From Azolla caroliniana (lineage: Eukaryota > Plantae > Polypodiophyta), in the NCBI GenBank assembly GCA_043228905.1, contig JBHGNT010000003.1, positions 16,926,001 through 16,990,000 on the forward strand: 64,000 nt of DNA, in the 5' to 3' direction. Positions 12,224 to 23,559 of this stretch are shown here, piece after piece. Every line of letters starts with the position of its first letter. The stretch's first letter is position 1. The notes beneath the pieces were generated by a model. It made no database searches. It was not told the origin of the DNA and saw only the letters and a list, made by a program, of their open reading frames with translations. The position numbers and the translations under genes were made by a program.

Positions 12224-15200
12224 TTAAAGACGACGAGTGGAACGAGTCAGCGCTACTTGCGGACTGGGTTTGTCCGGATACTTTCGGTGGAAATCAGCAA
12301 GAAGATCTTGTGCATTGGCAACATTCTCGACGGGTTCCCAAGTACGTTCGCTCGGACTATAACCGAGCCAATCGACCAAGTAATAGAGTTTGTTGCGAAC
12401 AAGTTTGGAATCGAGGATGGCAGCAACTTCATACTCCGGGCCGGCGTCCAACTCCAGTGGGGCCGGCGGTGGTGTCACACGATCGGGAATGGTGTTTGCT
12501 TTATAAGGTTCAAGAAGAGAACAATGGAAAACCGGATGTATCTGAAGCTGCGGAGGGAGATCAAGGCGGAAGGTGACATCATTAATCTTCCCCGTAATAC
12601 GGAAAGGACCGAGTCGTCGATAATCCAACTTGTCGCACGGTCGAGTAGTCTTGATGTGACGACGTAAGAGCCATACTCGATCTCCGATGGCAAAAGAGGA
12701 GGGAATCCGATGACGATCCGCATAAGTCTTCTGTGTGTGTTGAGCATGACGAAGGTGAGTAGAGAGATCCATCTGGATCTTGCGTAGCCTCTCCAAATGA
12801 TCCTCGGCACGAGGGTTGGTAGGTAGCTCCGGAGTGTCGATCACCGACCAGCGAGGATGGAAACCGGTATAAGCGAAAAATGGGGAGACCCGAGTCGAGG
12901 AGTGAATAGCATTATTATACGCAAACTCCGCAAAGTGGAGAATCTCGGCCCAATCGTCCTGTTGATAACTCAGGAAACACCGGAGATATTGCTCCAGCGT
13001 TTGGTTTGTTCGTTCCGCCTGTCCGTCGGTCTGAGGATGGTAGCCGGAGGAGAGGTTGCAGGAGACCTTGAGCATCTTGAAGAGATGCTGCCAAAATTTG
13101 GAGACAAATTGCGGGCCTCGGTCACTGATAATACTGTCTGGGAGGCCATGATGCCGAAAAACCTCACGCATAACAAGAGCGGCGGTTTCCTCGCTAGTGA
13201 TGGCTTTAGTACATGGCACAAAATGTGCCATCTTCGTATATCGATCGACGACGGTTAGGATAGCATCGAACCCTTTCGAGACCGGCAGATCTGTGATAAA
13301 ATCAAGACAAATAGACTGCCATGGCTTACTTGGAATTGGTAAAGGTTCCAACAAGCCATATGGATGGTGTCGTGGCATCTTTGCTCGGCAGCAAGCATCA
13401 CAGGTCCGAACGTAGTCGTCGACAAAACGGCGCATGTGGGGCCACCAAAAAGATCGCTGCACTAGCTCCAACGTCTTAGTACTACCGAAATGTCCCGCCG
13501 TATGGGTGTCGTGACAATGTTGGACAATTTGAAGGCGACAGGAGCAATCGGGGACATATACGCGCTTTTTAAAGAATAACAAACCATCATGATATTCGAA
13601 TTGTCGGTAGTCAATACCTGGTTGTTGAGACTGAGAACAGGATGCCCGAGAAGTATCAATGTGCGCCAGGATGTCTTGAGCAAAACTATCCGTCTTCAAG
13701 GTTGCACGTATGTCATCGGTAATCCGTGAATCCATCGGGGTGTGAAAAATCCGCGTCGTGTGCAATCGTGTTGGTCCCAAGATTACTTGCTTTTGATTAT
13801 CAAATGTTGCTTCACCAGGATGAGGTGCAAGATATGAACGTCGTGATAGTGCATCTGCTTTTCCTTGCTGCTTCCCCAGTCGATATGTGATTTTGAAGTC
13901 GAAACGCGTGAGGAATTGCGCCCACCGAGCTTGCCGTCGATTTAGTACGCGAGCGTTCTGAAAATAAGCAAGATTTTTATGATCGCTGAAGACAATGACC
14001 TGATGTGGAGAGCCCTCTAAGAAATGCCGCCATTGTACAAATGAATCCACGATGGCTAATAACTCCTTGTCATGTATTTCGTAGTTGATTTCTGCGACAT
14101 CGAATTTGCGCGAATGGAAAGCCACCGGATGCAACTCTTCTTTATCACCTTGTTGAGAAAGGATGCTACCGAGGGCGAAATCTGATGCGTCGGCCTCCAT
14201 GATGAACGGTTTGCTTGTATCCACATGAGCTAGAATCGGTGCTGATGTAAAGGCTTTCTTAAGATGCCGAAAAGCCATATCTGCTTCAATGGACCAAAGA
14301 AATGCTTGGCCCTTCTTCGTAAGTTGTGTGAGAGGTAAAATAATCTTCGAGTAATCCTGTATAAACTTACGGTAGAAGTTAGCAAAACCTAGAAAACATT
14401 GTACATCTCGTACCGACCGTGGAATTTGCCACTCTAGTACAGTTTGGATCTTAGCTGGATCCATGGCGATGCCCTTTGAGGAGATGACGTAGCCTAGAAA
14501 TTCCACTTGCTTGCAGTCAAAGCTACATTTTTCTAGCTTGGCATAAAGACCATTCTCGCGGAGTCGCTTTAGTACTAATAGTACATGAGAGTCGTGCTCT
14601 TCCTGGGTCTTCGAATAAATCAACAGATCATCCAGATAAATGATCAAACAGATATCCAAGAGGTCTCTGAATATATCATTTGCCATGTGTTGGAAGACTG
14701 CGGGTGCATTGGTTAGGCCAAACGGCATAACAGTATACTCAAAATGCCCATACCGCGTGCGAAAAGCGGTCTTCCACTCATCTCCCGGTCGGATCCGCAC
14801 GAGATTATACGCTCCGCGTAGGTCGATTTTAGTAAAAAACTTGGCACCATTAACTCGCTCTAAAAGACTTGATATAAGAGGAAGTGCATACCTATTCCGG
14901 ATGGTGACTTTATTTAATCCGCGGTAATCAACGACAAGACGAAGTGAGCCATCTTTCTTCTTGACAAAGAAGATGGGTGCACCGGCCGGAGATTTCGAAT
15001 GACGGATGAACCCGCTTGCCAAGTTCTCCTCTATGTAGGCTCGAAGGACTTCTAACTCGGTGGGTGACAGGTTGTAAATTGGTCCCCATGGTGGCTCGGT
15101 TCCTGGTTGTAAATCGATGGGACAGTCATAGGGACGGTGATGAGGAAGGGTACCGGCTTTTACCTTGTCAAATACATCGGCATAAGGATGATATTTTGCC

Positions 15201-15805
15201 GGAAGTTGTACTGAGGAGTCCTTCTTAATAGTGCTGGAAGGATGTACTGATATGGAAAATAGGAACATTGCCTCCTTGGGTCCTTCTTCGCGTAGTTGAT
15301 GGAGTGAAATGGTCGAAACTCGGCGAGTTGATTCTTGGGGTGGTCGATATCGGACTTCTCTTGTTCTCCAATCTATGGCTGGATTATGTAACTCAAGCCA
15401 AGGTAATCCTAGGACAATGGGATGCTCTGGACTACTAATTATATTAAATGATATTATACACACAAAACTACCTAGGACAACTTGAATGGGTTCTGATTCT
15501 TCTACAATATTCCCGGAAGCAATGGGACGACCATCAATGACCACTACAGATGCGGGACAAGGAAGTTTTCTTAAGGATATCTGAGAAGCTTGGGCAAAAT
15601 TTCGATCCATGAAACAGGAATTAGCTCCGGAATCTAAAAGTGCTAGGACGGGTACTGGGGGAGTACTTTTAGTACTAACAATGACTTGGGCTAGGAACAC
15701 ATTGCTAACTTGCTTGGAAGGAATGGAACCACTAATGGGCTGTACAGATCTAGGGCTGCTGTCCAACCAAATGGCTCCTATTTTGGCTGGACTCAATCGT
15801 TTAAC
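12224..15805 (-). CDS. pol: Pol: protease-RT-RNase H-integrase-chromodomain, in the -1 frame relative to gag
   Basis: ALLDSGA, YLDD, DASDFALG, HDTHTAGH...CDAC, GHPQTDGQAER-like integrase core, GPF motif, chromodomain YEVAAILDSK...YLVDWLGYSPSERTWEP. Confidence 0.96.
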   Translation of the reverse strand, partial: VKRLSPAKIGAIWLDSSPRSVQPISGSIPSKQVSNVFLAQVIVSTKSTPPVPVLALLDSGANSCFMDRNFAQASQISLRKLPCPASVVVIDGRPIASGNIVEESEPIQVVLGSFVCIISFNIISSPEHPIVLGLPWLELHNPAIDWRTREVRYRPPQESTRRVSTISLHQLREEGPKEAMFLFSISVHPSSTIKKDSSVQLPAKYHPYADVFDKVKAGTLPHHRPYDCPIDLQPGTEPPWGPIYNLSPTELEVLRAYIEENLASGFIRHSKSPAGAPIFFVKKKDGSLRLVVDYRGLNKVTIRNRYALPLISSLLERVNGAKFFTKIDLRGAYNLVRIRPGDEWKTAFRTRYGHFEYTVMPFGLTNAPAVFQHMANDIFRDLLDICLIIYLDDLLIYSKTQEEHDSHVLLVLKRLRENGLYAKLEKCSFDCKQVEFLGYVISSKGIAMDPAKIQTVLEWQIPRSVRDVQCFLGFANFYRKFIQDYSKIILPLTQLTKKGQAFLWSIEADMAFRHLKKAFTSAPILAHVDTSKPFIMEADASDFALGSILSQQGDKEELHPVAFHSRKFDVAEINYEIHDKELLAIVDSFVQWRHFLEGSPHQVIVFSDHKNLAYFQNARVLNRRQARWAQFLTRFDFKITYRLGKQQGKADALSRRSYLAPHPGEATFDNQKQVILGPTRLHTTRIFHTPMDSRITDDIRATLKTDSFAQDILAHIDTSRASCSQSQQPGIDYRQFEYHDGLLFFKKRVYVPDCSCRLQIVQHCHDTHTAGHFGSTKTLELVQRSFWWPHMRRFVDDYVRTCDACCRAKMPRHHPYGLLEPLPIPSKPWQSICLDFITDLPVSKGFDAILTVVDRYTKMAHFVPCTKAITSEETAALVMREVFRHHGLPDSIISDRGPQFVSKFWQHLFKMLKVSCNLSSGYHPQTDGQAERTNQTLEQYLRCFLSYQQDDWAEILHFAEFAYNNAIHSSTRVSPFFAYTGFHPRWSVIDTPELPTNPRAEDHLERLRKIQMDLSTHLRHAQHTQKTYADRHRIPSSFAIGDRVWLLRRHIKTTRPCDKLDYRRLGPFRITGKINDVTFRLDLPPQLQIHPVFHCSLLEPYKANTIPDRVTPPPAPLELDAGPEYEVAAILDSKLVRNKLYYLVDWLGYSPSERTWEPVENVANAQDLLADFHRKYPDKPSPQVALTRSTRRL

Positions 15806-16950
15806 TCTTCATCTAATTGACTAAGGATTTCAAATTTATTTGAGATACTTGGGCTATTAGTACTATGAATACTATCTGACACTCTATTAGTACTATTACT
15901 ACTATCAGACACTCCGAAGGGAAGAATTGACTCAGGTTTAGTACAGGCGACAATTTGATTTACCTGTCTTCTTGGCCTATGGGGACAATTGATGGCGATA
16001 TGTCCTGGTCCACCGCAATAAAGGCATAATCGATTGGCACGTCGTCGTTGCTTTTCTTCTTCCGATAACGGGCCGCGTCGACGCATGGTATCGATCTCCA
16101 TCGGTGTCGAAGTATTTGCTTGAGGTATGTCTCGTGCAAACGGTTTAGCCGCGACTGCGGCGTAAGTGGGCTCTGGCCTAGAGCGTGGTATCTGTAATTG
16201 ACGTTCTGAACGCCGTTCAAAAAGGCGGTTATCACATCGAACTGCTCGACTGATTGCCTCCGTAAGAGACTTTGGTTCTTCGGGGAAAGTTAGAAGTAGA
16301 TCTTTGACATCGTTTCGCAAGCCATAGCGAAACTGCTCCATTAGTGCTTGATCATCCCAGGGTATATCTGAAGCAAGTAGGCGGAAATCCGCCGCGTAGG
16401 CAGAGGCTGGACGATCGCCTTGACGCAATCGCCGGATCTTGTTGATCGCCGTCCTGATGCTGTCGGTGTCTCCAAAGCAGGCTTTAAACTCACCAATAAA
16501 ATCTTCAAAGTTATTAAGCAAGGGCGATTGTTTTTCTAGAAGCGGAGCGAACCATGCCAAGGCTGAGCCGCTAAGTAGTGTGCCTATTAGGCCGACTCGA
16601 GATGCATCAGTGGGATATCGGGAAGGATGCATCTGGATGACTAAGCGTACCTGATTAAGGAATCCCCGAAATTGCGAACGCGTTCCATCAAATTTCACAG
16701 GAAGTCCAATCTTGGGCTCTTTATGAAATCCTTGGGGACTGGATCCTTGTTGTTGCAACGCTGCTTCGAGTTGTTGTACCCGTAACGCTAACTCCCCATG
16801 TTGTTGTTGCGTTTGTTGTTTTTCTAGAGCGATTTGTTGCAGATCCCCTATCAGCCATTGGTTTTCTTGTTCCAAGGCAACAAACTTTTCTTTTAGGCAC
16901 TGTAGCTCGGAGAAAACGGATTGGTATTCTTGGGCGCTAACAGTAGCCAT
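15793..16950 (-). CDS. gag: Gag (retrotransposon capsid, CCHC knuckle)
   Basis: 385 aa ORF; PVKFDGTRSQFRGFL, LRQGDRPASAYAADF, CLYCGGPGHIAINC. Confidence 0.95.
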   Translation of the reverse strand: MATVSAQEYQSVFSELQCLKEKFVALEQENQWLIGDLQQIALEKQQTQQQHGELALRVQQLEAALQQQGSSPQGFHKEPKIGLPVKFDGTRSQFRGFLNQVRLVIQMHPSRYPTDASRVGLIGTLLSGSALAWFAPLLEKQSPLLNNFEDFIGEFKACFGDTDSIRTAINKIRRLRQGDRPASAYAADFRLLASDIPWDDQALMEQFRYGLRNDVKDLLLTFPEEPKSLTEAISRAVRCDNRLFERRSERQLQIPRSRPEPTYAAVAAKPFARDIPQANTSTPMEIDTMRRRGPLSEEEKQRRRANRLCLYCGGPGHIAINCPHRPRRQVNQIVACTKPESILPFGVSDSSNSTNRVSDSIHSTNSPSISNKFEILSQLDEELND

Positions 16951-18270
16951 AGTATAGGGGAAAGGGTAGGAGGATGAGGGAGAGTGACAAGTAGGCTAGA
17001 GGAAAAAATTGGTTCAAACTGTCAGGAATAGTACTAAAACAGAGATGGAATTAGTACTAAGAAGAGTAGTACTATTAGTACTAAGAGGACGGGACTGCGT
17101 AAGATTCCCGAGAGAGAGGAAGTGAGAAGAGGAGAGAGAGAGAGGGAAATAGGATGATGACAGCAGCTCTTATATTATATGAAAGATAAGTACAAATCGA
17201 CTAAGAGGCTTAAGACTGGTGTTGAACCAATTTGGTTCAACATAATGCTTAGTGCCTTCTTTTATAGTGTTCTCAGGAATAATCCTGAAGCTTCTAGAAT
17301 GTTCCAGAGAAATCTGGAATATACATTATTTTCTTATAATAAAACATAAATGAAAATAATATTCTATGAATTACAATAGATGGTGAGATGGTTAAGAGCT
17401 CGACCCATATACCATAAGGTCATGGGTTCGAGTCTTGCCATCTCATGACAATCTGGCTTCTTCGAAGTGAATCGGTTGTCTTCGATTCGTTCCCGCTCTT
17501 GTCCGAGTTGGTCTTCTCCAACTCGTCTTTCGGTTTTAGGCCCTTCACCACATCAAACCATGTCCGGGCTTGGCCTTCTCCCTTTGGTTGGCTCTGTCCT
17601 TCTTAACTTTGCCGCTGCTGCTGCTCGTTCTGACTTGTCTGGATGTGCCGACTTTCTTCGTCGACTCAACTTCCTTTTTCCTCTTGTCTCCCCCTTTGTT
17701 GGTTCTTCCCTTTCCGATTCCTTGTCCGGTGCTGTCAGCAGTTTCTTTGCTTTTGCCCATTCTCCCCTCAAGTGCGGCACGTCGAGATGCTGAACACCAA
17801 GCATTTCGGTGAAGTGCTGCAACTTGTCCGATTCGAGTGGTTTGGTGAAGATGTCGACAACCTGCCGATCCGTCTGAACATACCGAAGTTCAACTTTACC
17901 ACTCAGGACCCGCTCACGCACGAAGTGATAATGCACTTCTACCAACTTTGTTCGAGCATGAAATACGAGGTTCTTGGCGAGGTGTATGTTGCTTATGTTG
18001 TCGCAGTAGATTAGGATCGGGGTCGACACCTCGATCCGGAGATCTTGCAGCAGTCGCCGAAGCCAGATGGCTTCACATGTGGCATTCGTAGCACCCTGGT
18101 ATTCAGCATCAATGCTTGACAAAGCCACGGTTGGCTGTTTTTTGCTGCTCCACGCAACAACTGCACCACCAAGGGAAAACATGTACTCAAAGGTCGATCG
18201 GCGATCCGATGCATCACCAGCCCAGTCCGCATCTGTGTATCCGACTAGCTCTTCAATTATACCATGCCAG

Positions 18271-19369
18271 TGTCATGAAGATTTTCGGCAATGGTGTGAA
18301 AATCACTTAAGACGTACGAAATCAAGTGTCAATCATATAAAACAATAATAGTGAATATACTAATTCTAAGTAAGTTCAATATCTTAGTACAAAAGACGAA
18401 GATCTTGAAGATATGCACTTTACTACATAAGAAACAGACATCTAAGTGTCAACTTATGTGGGTAAGAAGTTGCGAAAGAAAAAGAGAAAATTGTGAGATA
18501 TCCGACATAGATAGGACGAATAAGGCTCTCACCATATATAAGGTAGAGCAAAAATTATTATCTTTGTGTCTATGTGTGGAGCATAGAGAGTTCAAGGTAA
18601 CTTGAACTGAGAGTGGCGGTGGCCTAGCCACTCGTAAAGGTTTTGGCCAACCAAAACAAAACCGGACGGTAATCGGCGATCGGTGATCCGGCGGTATCGG
18701 CATCCAATGGGCCGGCAAGACGGTGGCAGAGCCGGCGGCGAGGCGACGACAACAACCGATGGAAACCGGCAACATCCAGCATCCGGCGGCATTCGATGAC
18801 CAAATTAATAAATAAATAAATATATATACAAGGAGGGCAAGTAAGGATTCAAACCTTGCACCTCCTAGTTAAGAGTCAATAGGCTTACCACTAAGCCATG
18901 ACATTTAGTTGCATTTATATTTCTATCGTTGTACTTTTACATGTAAATTCTCATACATGAGAGCTAAAATAAGTGACATGGTTATCATGCACCACATGTA
19001 ATACATGAGCGCCAAATGGCACACATGCATGTCTTGTACCCTCACATGCATCATATGCATGAGAGCATCTATAAAAGAAGGGATGAAAAAGAAAAAGGGT
19101 TAGGCTTTTTTTGGTTATGAAATTAAGAAGAAGAAAATTCGTAATCGAATTGATCATGTAACTTGTTTCTTAAAATCTAAAATCAAGAGTTCAATCTTAA
19201 GCTCTCTCAATCTAAAGTCAAGCGTTCTATTCTATCTCAAGCTCTCTCTCTCTTTTAATCTAGCTTAAATACTTTCTTGCTAATGCTTGCGCCAACTTCA
19301 AGTCCTTCCGGTCCAGAACCCCGGCGGTTCCGCCTCACGATCCACACGTAGTGACGGATCTTCACAACA
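18271..19369. mobile_element. Solo LTR (~1.1 kb) inserted in the Copia RT/RNase H region; 4-bp TSD CCAG/CCGG
   Basis: TGTCATGAAGAT...ATCTTCACAACA termini (10/12 inverted); removing it restores the Copia frame LLYR-HGIIEELVGYTDAD; CTATAAAAG box near 19069. Confidence 0.8.
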
Positions 19370-22300
19370 CCGGTATAACAGTCCCAGGTCCTTCATGCCG
19401 CTCACATACCGCAATATTCGATGCACGCACTGAAGGTGCTCCTCGGTTGGCTTCTGCATGAATTGGTTGATCACACCGACAAGATAACTGATGTCGGGTC
19501 GGGTGATTGTCAAGTATAATAGGCTTCTGACTATTTGTCGGAACCGTTTCTCATCGCAGGCCAGTCCAGAGTTGGGACAGAGCTTCTGGTTCCGATCCAG
19601 GGGTGTGGAGATCGGTCGGCATTTCGTCATGCCGAACTTGTACAACATATTCAACACATAGTGTCTTTGTGAGAGCAATATGCCATCAGGGGTTCGGATC
19701 ACCTCGATCCCAAGAAAATAATGAAGGTCCCCCAGGTCCCTCATCTCAAATGCGTCCGACAGTTGGGCCTTGACACGGCCGATTTCATTGAGTCTGGGTC
19801 CGGTGATGACTAAATCATCTACATAACGTAAGATTCAAACCGAACCGTTCAGACCTTGCCGAATGAACAACGATGAGTTGGATTTAGAGGTCACAAACCC
19901 CATCTTACGCAACTGGTGCTTGATCTTCGCCACTAACAGGCTTGTTTCAGACCGTAAAGCAACTTCTTAAGCCGACACACCACCGACATGTTCATCTTCG
20001 ACTGAAAACCAGGAGGTTGGATCATATAGACCCGTTCTTCAAGGGCACCTTGAAGAAACGCATTCTTCACGTCCATCTGGTGAAGATGCCACCCCCTTGC
20101 CACAACAACCGCCAGTACCACACAAACCGTCCTCATCTTCGCTACCGGAGCAAAGGTCTCATTGTAGTCGATTCCGTGGGTCTGTGCGTATCCCTTCGCC
20201 ATTAACCGGGCCTTGTACCGGTTAACCGAACCGTCGACATTGTACTTTACCTTGTACACCCGTTTGCAACCGATCGGTTTACAGTGTCGAGGAGGGTCAA
20301 CAAGGTCCCATGTGTCGTTGGCATCGAGTGCCCACATTTCTTCTTCCATAGCAGCACGCCAATTTGCGTCCTTTGCCGCTTTTGTGTAGCTCTCCGACTC
20401 ACGCATTTCCGCCACTTTGGTCATGTACGCATAGTGATGTGCCATGTACTCATTGTATCCGTATCGCATAACAGGGTTCTTCTGGCGGGAAGACTGGCGT
20501 AACTTGTCATCACCCGGTTTGGGGCCCTTCTTGGCCAGTTCCAACTCAACGTTGCCGGTTTCGTATTCTGACATTTTCTGCTTCCCTTTCTCTTTGTGTG
20601 TGAACTGTCTCCTCAGTTCCTTGCGCGGGGAGAGCATGGCAGAGTCTCCACTACTCATCGGTTCCTCATCCGACTGGTCACTTTGACCTAGTCGCTCGTT
20701 CAATCCGCTCAACTAAAACAATTCCGGACTCTCTTCTAGATTCTCAACCTCGTCATCTTCTATCTGGACTGGTTCAGGCTCACTAGCCTCATCCTCCGGG
20801 ATTGGGTCGGAGTCGGCAGACAATCAATGCCGTCTCCTCGAACTCTACATCTCGGTTTACTCGGACCTGGTTCGTCTGGGGGTTATAACGTTTATACCCC
20901 TTTTGTCTCATGCGAGTAACTGACTAGGATGCACTTCTCCGACTTCGGATCTAGCTTATTCCGCTTCTCATCCGGTACATGCACATATGCTATGCTACCG
21001 AATATCCGAAGGTGCCTCAAATTCGGCTTCTGCCTGAAATACAACTCATGTGCTGACACCTTGTCTCCAATCTAGTTTTGGATGTAGATGGCCATCCAAA
21101 CCGCCTCAGCCTAGTAGAATTGGGGCATGCTCTTCTCCTCCAACATTGCCATTGCCGCGTCGACAATCGACCAGTTCTTTCTCTCAGCCACACCGTTTTG
21201 TTCTAGTGTGTATCGGCAGTTGAATTCTCTCTGAATTCCGTTCTGCTGTAGATAATTGTTGAATTGGTCGGAAAAGTATTCTTTTCTGCCATCTGACTGC
21301 AGGCACTTGATCTTCCTCTCTGTTTCCCTTTCAACTAAACTTTGAAGGTTCCGGAAATAGTCGAAGACTTCGCTTTTCTTCTCGATGAGGTAGATCCACG
21401 TGTGTCGGCTGTAGCCATCAATGAAGGAGACGAAATACCGACTCCCGCCAAGACTAACGTTTTGTGCCAGTCCCCATACATCTGAATGGATTAAATCGAG
21501 CTTGTTATGGCTCTGGTTTCGTCCGGTGTTGGTTCCCGAGTTGGTAGGCTTCACAAACTTGGGCCTTCCGGCCACTGAATTTCGGCAAACCGAACACAAC
21601 TTGTTTCAATTCCAGGTCCTGGAGCCTTTGGTAATTGACGTGGCCAATCCACTTGTGCTAGAGATCGATGTCTGATTCAATCTTCTGTCCTTTGGCAAAC
21701 ATAGCGGTGCCAACGTCATTAGTGTTGAGAATGAACATCCTCCCTTCTCTACACCCTTACGCAATTATCCTGCCTTCTTCCTCAATGAAGCACTCGAGGT
21801 GCGTAAACCGCACCTGCATTCCCTAGTCGACGATCTGTCTGATCGATAACAGGTTCTTTGTGATAGTCGGAACGTGTAATACGTTCATCAACTTTCCCTT
21901 TTGTCCGACATGGCTTAAAGGGACTTCTCCGACATGCACAATCGGATGAGGGGTGTCGTCTCTGGTTTTGACAATCCCCGGTTGTTCCGGCTTCTCCAAA
22001 AAAGAGAACCACTGCTCATGGCTTGTCATGTGGTTGGACACTCATGAATCAACGTACCATACTTCCTCCGATTTTAAAGTAGTCTTCTTCATTGAGTTAG
22101 CCTTGTGCTTCATCATGAAGGTCGGCCCTTTACCGGTCTTCCTGGTTCTGGATCCTTCTGATCCTTCCGCGTAGTGCAAGCTTTGTCGGTTTGCCCGACC
22201 GGCTTTGCCGGATCCAGATTTGTCCAAATCGGCGTGCTTCTTCCAGCACTCGTTTTCCCTATGGCCTTTCTTGCCATAGTACCAGCATTATGTGTCCGCC

Positions 22301-23162
22301 TTTCCTTACCGGTTCCCAGCGCCGCTTTGACTCCCCCTGCTTGTGGAGGGTTCGGAAGTACTGTCGGCACTGTCTCTGTGCCTTCAGTCCAACTCTTGTT
22401 GGCTGCCTCCATTGCGTGCCGACCCACCTCGTCCTCCACATCCACAGGGCCGATCCGACTCCGTGTACAACATCCGGTTATTCAATTGAGTGGTCCTTGA
22501 ACCGCTCGCGTGGTTTTCTTCAACCATCAACATTGATTGTAAGTAGAAGAAGGATAGTGGCTTCTCCCGGGTGCAGATCGCCATTCGGATTGGCCTATAC
22601 CGTTGTGCTAGACCACCGAGGCAGGTTTGGACCATCTCTTCTTCGTCCACCATCACGTTGATGGACCCGAGCGCGTCACAAATCTCCTTTATTTTGGTGG
22701 TGTAATCTGTAACCGACATGTCTCTTTGCGAGATGTTGTTCAACTCTTGTCGGAGATGCAACTTACGGGCTGTGGTACTCGCGGCGAAAATATTCCTCAG
22801 ATTTCCCCAGGCCTCCTTCAACGTTTTTGCATCCTTTATGTAGCCGAGCATCTGGTCGTGCACACAAGACGCAAGGCAGTACAATACTTGGCTCACTCCT
22901 TGCTCCCATACTGGGAAGTCCTCAGGTGCTGGCTCCAGCACTACCTCGTTCGTTCATTCCACGAAGCTCGAATATCCATGCCCTAGTAGGTACTGGTGCA
23001 TCTTGGATGAACAGGACGCGTAGTTGCTCCGGTCGAGCTTCTCTGTTGGAAGTGAACTCGCCATTCCTCTATCCATATCTTCTCTCTGTCTATTGTTACC
23101 AGGTTCTAAGGTTCGTCTACGAAAGCGAGTGTCGGCTACAAAGGTTCTCAACCCTCGCGCTC

Positions 23163-23550
23163 TGATAACGTGCGGAAGCGTTAGACAGAACCGGCTCAGC
23201 CGGATAGCAACAGAGAATAAGATGAAGGTTTAATGGAGAAGCTTAATACACAAAGAGCATACGTGGGAGAGAGACAGAGAGAGCAAAACGTAGATTCAAA
23301 ATAATAAAGACACACTGTAAACTCTGTACATACAATGTGCTTACACAACACTATTTATACAAGTCCTCAGAAGGACTGACAGAAGTACAACGTACTTCAA
23401 TGTTCCTACATGCGATTGACACTAACTATTAGACAATGATTACCTAGTAGTCTAGGCTACTACTAGGCTTCCGGTTCGTGCTCGAATCCGGCTCTCCTAT
23501 CTGTCTCCCCGATTTGACCAGTTGTTTTCGGATACTGATCCAGCCAGTTG
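23163..23550 (-). repeat. 5' LTR of Copia 11028-23550 (U3 end deleted)
   Basis: Aligns with 11028-~11410, then switches directly to hAT coding sequence; iMet-like TATCAGAGC overlaps its inner end. Confidence 0.85.
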
Positions 23551-23559
23551 TTTAGATTT

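Larger units (their letters stand above)
11782..17450 (-). mobile_element. Full-length, young Ty3/Gypsy chromovirus (Tcn1/Tf1-like)
   Basis: 431-bp LTRs at 11782-12212 and 17020-17450 (only 2 differences seen by eye); TSD ATCTG at 11777-11781 and 17451-17455; PPT at 12213-12225; intact gag and pol. Confidence 0.97.
11028..23550 (-). mobile_element. Ty1/Copia LTR retrotransposon, decayed, with two nested insertions
   Basis: 3' LTR 11028-11482 with adjacent PPT (CTCCCCCTCAAG on +); 5' LTR from 23163, truncated near 23550; gag EKLDRSNYAS, CWYYGKKGH, WYVDS protease, DLIHSDVWG integrase, QMDVKNAFLQG RT, GYTDADWAG and SKKQPTVALSS RNase H. Confidence 0.92.

Noticed and set aside
17451-17770. Env-like or extra ORF downstream of Copia RNase H
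   Set aside because: Low-complexity purine-rich 3' region giving Lys/Arg-rich read-through; no transmembrane pattern on the sense strand.
18836-18900. Functional tRNA-Lys gene
   Set aside because: Acceptor and anticodon stems do not pair properly; treated as tRNA-derived only.
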